NCBI GenBank assembly: GCA_964489965.1
Contig: CAZBBU010000001.1
Coordinates: 1 to 24,801 of the forward strand
DNA: 24,801 nucleotides
DNA from: an uncultured bacterium
GTDB lineage: Bacteria > Deinococcota > Deinococci > Deinococcales > Trueperaceae
Direction of reading: 5' to 3'
A program made the translations under genes and the position numbers. The notes beneath the pieces are model-generated. The model was not told the DNA's origin. It made no database searches and saw only the letters and a list, made by a program, of their open reading frames with translations. Below, piece by piece: positions 9,445 to 17,729 of this stretch (positions are counted from its first letter, which is position 1; every line of letters begins with the position of its first letter).

Positions 9445-11016
9445 ATGTCTTCAGCCAGAAGTTCCTCAAACCCCAACGCAGGCAACATCGGCCTCATCTT
9501 CGTCACGCTGATAATCGTGATGCTTCTTGCCTCGTTGAGCCAGATGGTGCTTTCCAGCGCCTTGCCCACCATCGCCGGCGAGTTGCACAGCGTGGAGCTG
9601 ATGCCCTGGGTGATCACCGCCTACATGCTGAGCACCACGGTGATGATGCCCATCTACGGCAAGCTCAGTGACCTGCTCGGCCGCAAGCCATTGTTGCTGG
9701 CCGCGATCCTGGCGTTCGTGCTCGGTTCGGTGCTGGGTGGCCTGGCTCCCGACATGATCACGCTGATCATCGCCCGCGCCATCCAGGGACTGGGTGGCGG
9801 TGGCCTCATAATCCTGTCCCAGGCCGCCATCGCCGACGTGGTGCCGGCCCGTGACCGCGGCAAGTACATGGGCATCATGGGCGGGGCCTTCGCCTTCTCC
9901 AGCGTCGCCGGTCCGCTGCTCGGTGGCTGGATCACCGAAGGTCCCGGCTGGCGCTGGGCCTTCTGGATGAACGTGCCGTTGGGCGCCATCGCCCTGGTCG
10001 CCACCGTGATGCTGCTGAAACTGCCGGCCGTGCAGCGTGCCGTGCGGCCCAGCATTGACTACCTGGGCATGATGCTTCTGGTTGTGCAGACGGCCGCTGT
10101 CGTGTTGATAGGCACCTGGGGCGGATCCGTCTACGAATGGGATTCGCCGGTAATCCTGGGGCTGGCGACGGTACTGGTTGTGGCCGTGATCGCGTTCATC
10201 CATGTGGAGTCACATGCCGTTGAACCAGTGATGCCGATGTTCATGTTCCGTGAACGCAACTTCGTGCTGACCACCATCTCTTCGCTGCTCGTGGCACTCG
10301 CGATGTTCGGGGTGGTCGGTTACATGCCCACCTACTTCCAGATGGCGGTTGGCGCCAGCGCCACGGTGGCGGGACTGCTCATGGTGCCGATGATGGCCTG
10401 CATGCTGATCACTTCGATCGGCACGGGAGTGATGGTGTCCCGGTCGGGTCGTTACAAAACCATCCCCATCGTCGGGGCGTTGATCCTGACTGCCGGCGTG
10501 GCCCTGCTGTCCACAGTGCAGGCGGGAACCAGCGTGGTGCTGATCTGCGTTTTCATGGCGCTGATCGGCGTGGGCCTGGGCGCCAACATGCAGATCCTGA
10601 CCCTGATTGTTCAGAATACGTTCCGCCACGAACTGGTCGGCACGGCCACCGCAGCCAACAACTACTTCCGGCAGGTGGGCAGCAGCCTGGGCGCCGCTGT
10701 GGTGGGTGCGGTGTTCACCGTCAGGCTGACAAGCCTGCTGCAGGAGAGGTTGCCGGCAGGAGCCGCTCCTGCCGATGGCGCCAGCTCACTGACGCCTGCC
10801 TTCGTGCTGTCACTGCCTGAGGGCATCCGCAGCATCATCGTGGGCGCCTACAATGACGCACTGATTCCAGTTTTCGTTTACATGTTCCCGCTGGGTGTCA
10901 TCACTGCCGTGCTGCTGTGGTTCATGCATGAGAAGCCACTGGCCACCAAGGTGGAGCGTGAAGTCGGTGCGCCGCCGGCGTCCGGCGAGCGGCTGGCCAC
11001 CCGTTCAGCTGACTGA
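9445..11016 (+). CDS. DHA2 (EmrB/QacA-type, 14-TMS) MDR efflux MFS transporter
   Basis: SALPTI..EL, motif A GKLSDLLGRK, ARAIQGLGGGG, GPLLGGWIT, WRWAFWMNVPLG. ATG9445 preferred over 9343. Confidence 0.9.
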   Translation: MSSARSSSNPNAGNIGLIFVTLIIVMLLASLSQMVLSSALPTIAGELHSVELMPWVITAYMLSTTVMMPIYGKLSDLLGRKPLLLAAILAFVLGSVLGGLAPDMITLIIARAIQGLGGGGLIILSQAAIADVVPARDRGKYMGIMGGAFAFSSVAGPLLGGWITEGPGWRWAFWMNVPLGAIALVATVMLLKLPAVQRAVRPSIDYLGMMLLVVQTAAVVLIGTWGGSVYEWDSPVILGLATVLVVAVIAFIHVESHAVEPVMPMFMFRERNFVLTTISSLLVALAMFGVVGYMPTYFQMAVGASATVAGLLMVPMMACMLITSIGTGVMVSRSGRYKTIPIVGALILTAGVALLSTVQAGTSVVLICVFMALIGVGLGANMQILTLIVQNTFRHELVGTATAANNYFRQVGSSLGAAVVGAVFTVRLTSLLQERLPAGAAPADGASSLTPAFVLSLPEGIRSIIVGAYNDALIPVFVYMFPLGVITAVLLWFMHEKPLATKVEREVGAPPASGERLATRSAD

Positions 11017-11499
11017 TTCGGTTTCGGAAACGCCCAGGAAACTGCGGTTGTGATAGATAAGGGCGTCACTCCTGGGCCCCCGCAGTACGGACAGCACTTC
11101 GGCTGCCACGATCGTGCTGCTGCCGACCCGGATCCGCTGCAGGACCCTGGTCCGCAGGCCATAGGGAGCAGACGGCAGGTACGGTTCGCCGGTCGGAAGA
11201 ACGTCCCAGCCCTGTTCCTCTGAGAAGCGGATGCCGTCCGGCCTGGCGAAGTTGTCCGCCAGCTCGGCGTGCTCCGTTCCCAGCAGGTGAACCATGAAAC
11301 CATCAGCGCGCAGCAGGGCTGCCTGCGTGCCTGTCTCACGTGAAACATTGAAGGTGAGGGCCAGTGGCTCGAGCGTCAGTGACGCCAGGCTGGAAATGGT
11401 CATGCCCACCGGATTGCCATCCACTGTGGCGGCCACAATGGCCACCCCGGCCGGATGGCTCCTGAAGGCGTCACGAAACTTGTCAACCGTGCTTGGCAT
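11005..11499 (-). CDS. Flavin reductase family protein (HpaC/ActVB/RutF-like fold)
   Basis: FRDAFRSHPAGVAIVAA, GMTISSLASLTLEP, LIYHNRSF; SD AAGGGAG upstream. Confidence 0.88.
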   Translation of the reverse strand: MPSTVDKFRDAFRSHPAGVAIVAATVDGNPVGMTISSLASLTLEPLALTFNVSRETGTQAALLRADGFMVHLLGTEHAELADNFARPDGIRFSEEQGWDVLPTGEPYLPSAPYGLRTRVLQRIRVGSSTIVAAEVLSVLRGPRSDALIYHNRSFLGVSETESVS

Positions 11500-11548
11500 T
11501 TCTACTGGCTCCCTTGAACGCGGGCGGACGCACCTCCACCCGGAATAG

Positions 11549-11579
11549 AGTGTAAAACCTCAAGTGCACTTGAGGTCAA
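11549..11579 (-). promoter_or_regulatory. MerR-type SoxR-activated promoter for the flavin reductase
   Basis: Minus strand TTGACC (11579-11574), 19-nt spacer, TACACT (11554-11549). The 19-nt spacing is the hallmark of MerR-family activation. Confidence 0.9.
11557..11576. promoter_or_regulatory. SoxR operator (SoxR box)
   Basis: Perfect 20-bp palindrome ACCTCAAGTGCACTTGAGGT, matching the CCTCAAGT-N2-ACTTGAGG SoxR consensus. Confidence 0.93.
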
Positions 11580-11598
11580 GCGGTTGCGGTACTACAAT
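11570..11598 (+). promoter_or_regulatory. soxR promoter overlapping the operator (autorepression, leaderless mRNA)
   Basis: TTGAGG 11570-11575, 17 nt, TACAAT 11593-11598, then 5 nt to ATG11604. Confidence 0.75.
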
Positions 11599-11603
11599 GA
11601 GCC

Positions 11604-12083
11604 ATGACCGACGACCGGACAGGTGAGTACGCAGCCGACCAGCTGCTGGCCATCGGCGAAGTCAGCGAACGCACCGGAGTGGCACGCTCGGCGCTTCACT
11701 ACTACGAGGAACTGGGACTCATCCAGTCGTATCGCACCACCGGCAACCAGCGCAGATACCCCCGCCACATGCTGCGGCGCATCTCGCTGGTCACGGTGGG
11801 TCGGCGCCTGGGCATCGGCCTGGACGGCATCCGCACCGCCCTGGAAGACGTGCCCATGCAACACAGGCCCACCGATGAGGATTGGCGGCGCGCCTCGCGG
11901 GAGTGGATGCGGGTCCTGGAAGTGCGCCGCAAGGCGATCGAGGAACTGGAAGACCAGCTGCTTGGCTGCATCGGCTGTGGTTGCCTGTCGATGAAGGCGT
12001 GCGCGCTGGTGAACCCCGATGACCAGCTGGCAGAAGAAGGCTCGGGCGCCAGGATGCTGGAAGCTGCAGCGGAACTGGACTGA
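11604..12083 (+). CDS. soxR: Redox-sensitive transcriptional activator SoxR
   Basis: MerR HTH (IGEVSERTGVARSALHYYE), RTTGNQRRY, [2Fe-2S] motif CIGCGCLSMKAC. Confidence 0.96.
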   Translation: MTDDRTGEYAADQLLAIGEVSERTGVARSALHYYEELGLIQSYRTTGNQRRYPRHMLRRISLVTVGRRLGIGLDGIRTALEDVPMQHRPTDEDWRRASREWMRVLEVRRKAIEELEDQLLGCIGCGCLSMKACALVNPDDQLAEEGSGARMLEAAAELD

Positions 12084-12108
12084 CCGCGAGCGAGAAGGAG
12101 GCAGGGAG

Positions 12109-13263
12109 ATGGACTCTTACGATTATCTGCTGGTTGGCGGCGGCATGGCTGCCGACGCGGCAGCACGGGGCATACGCGAGGTCGACAGTGGCGGCAGCAT
12201 CGGCCTCTTCAGCGCCGAAACCCACGCGCCTTACAACAGGCCGCCCCTCTCCAAGGGACTGTGGCAGGACCAGACGCCGGACGAGATCATGCGTGATACG
12301 GGCGACCTGGGCGTGCACATGCACCTCAGCACCCGCATCGAAACAGTCGACGCGGCCGCCCAGACTGTGACCGACGACCAGGGCCGAACCTGGCACTACG
12401 GAAAGCTGCTCCTGGCCACCGGCGGAAGCCCCAGGCGCCTCACCGGGCCTGACGAGGGCGTCATCTACTACCGCACGCTGGCCGACTATCACCGGCTCCG
12501 CGAGCTGACTTCCGAACCGCGCCGCGTGCTCGTGCTCGGCGGTGGTTACATCGGCGCTGAACTCGCCGCGGCGCTGCGGCTCAACGGCCACGAGGTGCAG
12601 ATCGCCTTCCCTGAGCAGACACTGTTGGGGCGGATTCTGCCTGATGATCTGGGCGAGTACCTGAACAGCTATTACGGGGAGAAGGGCGTGGAAGTGCTGC
12701 CTGGCCGGCTGGTTGAAGCCGTGCATCAGACGGGCGCGCACAGTCGTGTCACGTTCAGTGACGCCAGCGAGGCTGAGGCGGACGTGGTGGTGGCCGGCCT
12801 CGGCATCATCCCGGAGCTGGAACTCGCCAGGCAGGCTGGCCTGACGCTCGACAACGGCATCGAAGTGGACCAGGACATGCGCAGCAGCGACCCGCACATC
12901 TTCGCTGCGGGCGACGTAGCCAGCGTCTGGAGTCCCGCCCTGAAACGGCGGCGGCGCGTGGAACACGAGCAGAACGCCAACGAGACCGGCCTGCACGCGG
13001 GGATGGCCATGGCCGGCGCAAGCGCACCGTACCGGAAGCTGCAGCTGTTCTACTCCGACCTGTTCGACCTGGGTTTCGAAGGCGTTGGCCTGGCGGACCG
13101 CAACCTGGAAACGGTGGCCCGCTGGAGCGAACCGTTCAGGAAAGGCACCATCCACTACCTGGAGGACGGCCGCCTCGTGGGCGCCCTGATGTGGAACGAC
13201 TGGGGCAAGGCCGACCGCATGCGCGAGCTGATCACGTCAGGAGCACCGTTCAAGCGGGACTGA
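12109..13263 (+). CDS. FAD/NAD(P)H oxidoreductase, ferredoxin-reductase/MDHAR/AIF-like
   Basis: VGGGMAA, RPPLSKG, LLATGG, GGGYIGAE, IFAAGDVA, RVEH motifs; SD-rich stretch upstream of ATG12109. Confidence 0.88.
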   Translation: MDSYDYLLVGGGMAADAAARGIREVDSGGSIGLFSAETHAPYNRPPLSKGLWQDQTPDEIMRDTGDLGVHMHLSTRIETVDAAAQTVTDDQGRTWHYGKLLLATGGSPRRLTGPDEGVIYYRTLADYHRLRELTSEPRRVLVLGGGYIGAELAAALRLNGHEVQIAFPEQTLLGRILPDDLGEYLNSYYGEKGVEVLPGRLVEAVHQTGAHSRVTFSDASEAEADVVVAGLGIIPELELARQAGLTLDNGIEVDQDMRSSDPHIFAAGDVASVWSPALKRRRRVEHEQNANETGLHAGMAMAGASAPYRKLQLFYSDLFDLGFEGVGLADRNLETVARWSEPFRKGTIHYLEDGRLVGALMWNDWGKADRMRELITSGAPFKRD

Positions 13264-13276
13264 GTTCGCATGGACG

Positions 13277-13336
13277 CCGGATTGACGGCCCGGAAGTAGC
13301 ATGCGGCAGTTCAGGCATCACGGGCCGTCAACCCGG
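13277..13336. repeat. 16-bp inverted repeat (1 mismatch), 28-nt spacer
   Basis: CCGGATTGACGGCCCG (13277-13292) and CGGGCCGTCAACCCGG (13321-13336), 13 nt after the oxidoreductase stop. Confidence 0.7.
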
Positions 13337-13348
13337 GAAGGATCATCA

Positions 13349-14017
13349 ATGAACTACCGTCACAGAATGCTCCAGCTGATTGCACTCACCGTCCTGTTAC
13401 TGGCAGGCAACTCACTTGCACAGACCATCCACCAGACGGGCAGCGTCGAAGGGACCATCGGCGGAAACAGCTATCACGCGTACACATACGCCACCGAGGT
13501 TCCCGAAGATGCGGCCGAAGGCCTGGAGGACGGTGCCGTCAAGGACATGGTGGCCGCAGCAGCAGGCACCACCCAGCACTCCGCCACCTTCAACCTCATG
13601 GACGCCGTGATGATGGGCACGGTGGAGCTCCTGCCCCCGACCATCTTTGTAACGATACTGACCAGGACTGAAAACGCCGAAGACCGCGAGCACGGCCGGA
13701 TCGACATCGATTTCTCGCTGGATCCGGAAACCCTCACGCTGAAGGGCGCAGATGACATCGCCGTGGACTGGCACCCGGGCGAACCGGACCTGAAGGAACG
13801 CTACACCCTCACGGACGGAAGCCTGGTGCTGGACAGCATCACCGTGGTGGACGAGAACACACTGGCCATCACCGGTTCGATAAGCGGCCAGCTCAGCTGG
13901 CAGACGGATTACTCACCCGAGCACAACCCTGACGATGTTCTGGACGTGGATCTTACCTTCAGCATCGAACAGGTGGTGCAGTCCGGCTCCGCCCTGGACC
14001 TGATAATGGGCATGTAA
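13349..14017 (+). CDS. Secreted hypothetical protein (acidic, Thr-rich)
   Basis: Sec-type signal MNYRHRMLQLIALTVLLLAGNSLA|Q; host-like codon usage; no family recognised. Confidence 0.75.
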   Translation: MNYRHRMLQLIALTVLLLAGNSLAQTIHQTGSVEGTIGGNSYHAYTYATEVPEDAAEGLEDGAVKDMVAAAAGTTQHSATFNLMDAVMMGTVELLPPTIFVTILTRTENAEDREHGRIDIDFSLDPETLTLKGADDIAVDWHPGEPDLKERYTLTDGSLVLDSITVVDENTLAITGSISGQLSWQTDYSPEHNPDDVLDVDLTFSIEQVVQSGSALDLIMGM

Positions 14018-14042
14018 GACCAGCCGCAAGCTAGCATTGGGC

Positions 14043-14930
14043 ATGACCAAAAAAGACCTGTCCGTCGCATTCCTGGGCCTGGGCACCATGGGACTGCCGA
14101 TGGCCGGACGCCTGCTGGATGCCGGCTTCACGACCACCGTCTGGAACCGCACCGCCGGCAAGGCCGAAGCCCTGGCCACTTCCGGCGCGACCGTCGCTGA
14201 CTCCCCCGCCGCTGCCGCACGGGACGCCGACATCGTAGTGGTGATGGTTTCTGACACGCCCGACGTCGAGGAGGTCGTGTTCGGACCGGCCGGCGCCGCA
14301 AACGGCCTGCGGTCCGGGGCACTGCTGGTGGACATGAGCACCATCTCGCCCGCCGCCACCCGCGGCTTTGCCAGCCGAGTTGCGGCAGGCGGTGCCAGCT
14401 GGCTGGATGCCCCGGTGTCCGGCGGCAGCGAGGGCGCGCAGCAGGGCACTCTCTCCATCATGGTTGGCGGCGAGGCGAAAGACCTCGAGCGGGCCCGTCC
14501 GGTACTGGAGGTGCTGGGCCGCACCATCACCCACGTGGGACCAAGCGGCGCCGGCCAGGTCACCAAAGCCATCAACCAGGTACTGATCGCCGGCACCTAC
14601 GCGGCAGTGGCTGAAGGTGTGGCCCTGGGGCTGCGCTCGGGGATAGACATGCACGCGGCCCTGAAGGCAGTCGCTGGTGGGGCGGCCGGCTCATGGATCC
14701 TGGACAACCGCGCCGGAAACATGGTGCGCGGCGAGTACCCCCTGGGCTTCAAGGTTGAACTGCACCGCAAGGATCTGGGCATCGCCCTCACGGAAGCGCG
14801 GGAACTGGGCGTGCCACTCACGGTCAGCGCCCTGGTGGAGCAGTGGGAGACCGGCCTGATCAGCCAGGGCCACGGAGACGATGACGTGTCAGCCATCGCC
14901 CGGATAGTACGGGACCTGGCGGGCCTCTGA
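14043..14930 (+). CDS. NAD(P)-dependent beta-hydroxyacid dehydrogenase (3-hydroxyisobutyrate dehydrogenase/tartronate semialdehyde reductase family)
   Basis: GLGTMG, VDMSTISP, DAPVSGG, catalytic Lys in VTKAINQ, KDLGIAL. TAGCAT lies 5 nt before ATG14043. Confidence 0.92.
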   Translation: MTKKDLSVAFLGLGTMGLPMAGRLLDAGFTTTVWNRTAGKAEALATSGATVADSPAAAARDADIVVVMVSDTPDVEEVVFGPAGAANGLRSGALLVDMSTISPAATRGFASRVAAGGASWLDAPVSGGSEGAQQGTLSIMVGGEAKDLERARPVLEVLGRTITHVGPSGAGQVTKAINQVLIAGTYAAVAEGVALGLRSGIDMHAALKAVAGGAAGSWILDNRAGNMVRGEYPLGFKVELHRKDLGIALTEARELGVPLTVSALVEQWETGLISQGHGDDDVSAIARIVRDLAGL

Positions 14931-16162
14931 CGACCAGGGCGGCTCACTTTCCGGGTTGGCGCATCGCCTGGGCCCTGGCCATCACCCAGACGGTCGGCTA
15001 CGGAGTGCTCACTTACGGCTACGGGGTCTTCACCCTGCCGATGGAGGCCGAACTGGGCTGGAGCCGGGCCCAGACCTCCGGCGCTTTCTCACTGGCACTG
15101 CTGCTGTCAGGACTCGCAGCCTTCCCGGTGGGTCGCTGGGTGGACGCCCGCGGCGCCCGCGGCATCATGAGCATCGGCTCGCTGCTCGGCTCACTGCTGG
15201 TGTTGGCCTGGTCGTTCGTGAACGGCCTGCCGCAGCTTTATCTGATTCAGGCCGGCATCGGCCTGGTCATGTCCGCGGTGCTGTACGACGTAGCGTTCAC
15301 GGTGATCGCCACCTGGTTCCGCCGTGACCGCATCCGGGCGATGCTGCTGGTCACCATGGTCGCCGGCCTGGCCAGCACGATCTTCATTCCACTGGCAACC
15401 GGCCTGGTGGAGACTCTCGGCTGGCGTGAGGCTCTGCGGGTCCTGGCCCTGCTGCTTGCGGTACTGACAGTGCCCCTGCACGCGCTGGTGCTGCGGGACC
15501 ATCCGCGTCGCCTGGGTTTTGAACCGGACGGGCGTAAGCACATGGCCAGCGAGCCTGGCAGCCCGGAGCAGTCAGAACGCAGCGTCACGGCCCGCGACGC
15601 CATCAGGTCACGAGTGTTCTGGTGGCTGGCCAGCGCCTTCACGCTTGACAGCATCGCCAACATGGGAATAGTGGCGCACGTGGTGCCGCTGTTGCTGGAG
15701 CGCGGCTATCCGGCCGGAATTGTGGCCGCAGCCGCAGGTTCGATCGGCCTGATGCAGGTGCTCGGTCGCGTCGTCTTCGCCCCGGCCAGCCGCATGATCC
15801 CGTTGGGCTTACTGGCCGTGTGGACCTACGGGCTGCGGGTTGTGGCGCTTCTGATTCTGCTCTTCACGCCGGGTGTTGCCGGCCTCTGGCTGTTCGCGGC
15901 CATCTTCGGTGTGGCCAACGGCGCCAGCACCCTGGCGCGTGCCGGACTGGTGGCCGAAACGTTCGGACCGGGGCACTTCGGTGCCATCACCGGCAGCATG
16001 ACCACCATGGTCTCGCTTCTGCACACGGTCGCGCCCCTCACGGTCGGTTTCATCAGACTGCAGACCGGCAGCTACGACGCCGCGCTGTGGCTGCTCACGG
16101 GCCTCGCGGGACTGGCAGTGCTGGCCGCCTGGCGGGCCAGGGCACAACCAAGCCTCAACTGA
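14927..16162 (+). CDS. MFS transporter (12-TMS, OFA/MCT-like); start probably CTG14927
   Basis: TM1-like text GWRIAWALAITQTVGYG lies upstream of GTG15005; motif A GRWVDARGAR. No ATG/GTG/TTG in frame between TGA14882 and 15005. End coordinate firm, start uncertain. Confidence 0.8.
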   Translation: MTTRAAHFPGWRIAWALAITQTVGYGVLTYGYGVFTLPMEAELGWSRAQTSGAFSLALLLSGLAAFPVGRWVDARGARGIMSIGSLLGSLLVLAWSFVNGLPQLYLIQAGIGLVMSAVLYDVAFTVIATWFRRDRIRAMLLVTMVAGLASTIFIPLATGLVETLGWREALRVLALLLAVLTVPLHALVLRDHPRRLGFEPDGRKHMASEPGSPEQSERSVTARDAIRSRVFWWLASAFTLDSIANMGIVAHVVPLLLERGYPAGIVAAAAGSIGLMQVLGRVVFAPASRMIPLGLLAVWTYGLRVVALLILLFTPGVAGLWLFAAIFGVANGASTLARAGLVAETFGPGHFGAITGSMTTMVSLLHTVAPLTVGFIRLQTGSYDAALWLLTGLAGLAVLAAWRARAQPSLN

Positions 16163-16169
16163 ACACTGT

Positions 16170-17633
16170 TCAGAGCGGGCGCCCGGCCTCGAGTACCCTG
16201 GAGCGCTCCAGCAGCCCTTCGCTCTCCACGTTCAGACCGGTCAGCTCAACCGGAACCGAAGCCTTGCGGAAGCCCTTGACCACAGCCTCGAGCGCGGCGG
16301 TGGCCGAGCTGTCCCACACGTGACTTGCCCTCAGGTCAAGCACCACCCGCTTCAGCCCCTTCTCATCGAAGTCAAAGGCATTCACGAAGTCCTCGGTGGC
16401 CACGAAGAACAGCTGGCCCCTCACGTGGTAGGTGCGGGTACCGTCCTTCAGGGTGCTGCTGACCTGGAACTGCTTGGACACCTTGCGGACGAAGAAGACC
16501 GCGCTGAGAATCACGCCCACGACCACGCCGAGTGCCAGGTTGCCTGTGATGACGACGACCGCCATCGTCACCAGCAGTACTATCGTGTCGCTCTTCGGTT
16601 GCCTCAGCATGCGTGGCAACGAGTACCAGTCAAAGGTCTGAATGGCCACGATCATCATGACGGCGGCCAGTGCCCCAATGGGAACCCGGCTCACCCAGGG
16701 CGTCAGCAGCAGGATGAGCACCATCAGGTACACCCCGGTGGCAAGTGACGACAGACGGCCCCGGCCTCCGGAGCGGATGTTGATGACGGACTGGCCGATC
16801 ATGGCGCAGCCTGCCATGCCGCCGAAGAAGCCACTGACGATGTTGGCGATGCCCTGCCCACGCGCCTCTGCGTTCTTGTTGCTGGGGGTGCCGGTCATCT
16901 CGTCCAGCAGCTGCGCCGTGAGCAGTGATTCGAAGAGACCGACGAACGTCAGTGTGAAGGCCAGGGGCAGCAGGATCATCAGCGTTTCGAGTGTGAAGGG
17001 CACCTGCAGCATCTGGAATGAGGGCAGCGTGGTGGGCAGTTCCCCCATGTCACCGACCGTCTGCACGTTCCAGCCGGTCAGGGCGGTCATGACGGTCAGC
17101 ACCACGATCGCGACCAGCGGCGCAGGCACGGCCTTGACCACCCGGGGCAGCAGCAGGATTATGGCGATGCCAGTGGCCACCACCACATAGGTATGCCAGC
17201 CTGCGTCCCTGAACACGTTCAGCTGCGAGATGAAGATCAGTATGGCCAGCGAGTTGACGAAGCCGGTCATCACGCTGCGGGGCACGAACTTCAGGTAACG
17301 GCCGAACCTCAGAACACCGAACAGCAGCTGGATCAGGCCCGTCAGCACGGTTGCGGCCAGCAGGTAGTCAAGGCCGTGTTCCCGCACGAACAGCACCATC
17401 ACCAGGGCCATGGCGCCCGCACCGCCACTGATCATGCCCGGCCGCCCGCCGGTGAAGGCGATCACGACCGAGATGATGAACGAGGCGTACAGCCCCACCT
17501 TCGGGTCAACTCCCGCGATGATGGCGAAGGCGATCGTCTCGGGGATCAGCGCCAGGGAGGTCACCAGGCCGGCGACCAGGTCGCCACGCACATTGCCGAA
17601 CCATTCCCGGCGGATGTAACTGGCAAGAATCAC
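16170..17633 (-). CDS. SulP family inorganic anion permease with C-terminal STAS domain
   Basis: [53 protein letters not shown] and STAS. GTG17633 has GGAG 5 nt upstream. Confidence 0.93.
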   Translation of the reverse strand: MILASYIRREWFGNVRGDLVAGLVTSLALIPETIAFAIIAGVDPKVGLYASFIISVVIAFTGGRPGMISGGAGAMALVMVLFVREHGLDYLLAATVLTGLIQLLFGVLRFGRYLKFVPRSVMTGFVNSLAILIFISQLNVFRDAGWHTYVVVATGIAIILLLPRVVKAVPAPLVAIVVLTVMTALTGWNVQTVGDMGELPTTLPSFQMLQVPFTLETLMILLPLAFTLTFVGLFESLLTAQLLDEMTGTPSNKNAEARGQGIANIVSGFFGGMAGCAMIGQSVINIRSGGRGRLSSLATGVYLMVLILLLTPWVSRVPIGALAAVMMIVAIQTFDWYSLPRMLRQPKSDTIVLLVTMAVVVITGNLALGVVVGVILSAVFFVRKVSKQFQVSSTLKDGTRTYHVRGQLFFVATEDFVNAFDFDEKGLKRVVLDLRASHVWDSSATAALEAVVKGFRKASVPVELTGLNVESEGLLERSRVLEAGRPL

Positions 17634-17729
17634 TTGTACTCCGTTCCAAAGAGCAATTCCGCAGGGGTCGATGCAGCGGATGAGCTTTGCTGTTTTCAAC
17701 TGTGAATGGGGCGCCCGGCCCGGGCCGGC

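Noticed and set aside
11791-13155. 454-aa antisense ORF, and many other long overlapping ORFs (e.g. 2582-3475, 5691-6449, 9466-10203, 17671-18363, 24023-24643)
   Set aside because: Shadow ORFs expected opposite high-GC genes; no motifs, and each overlaps a well-supported CDS.
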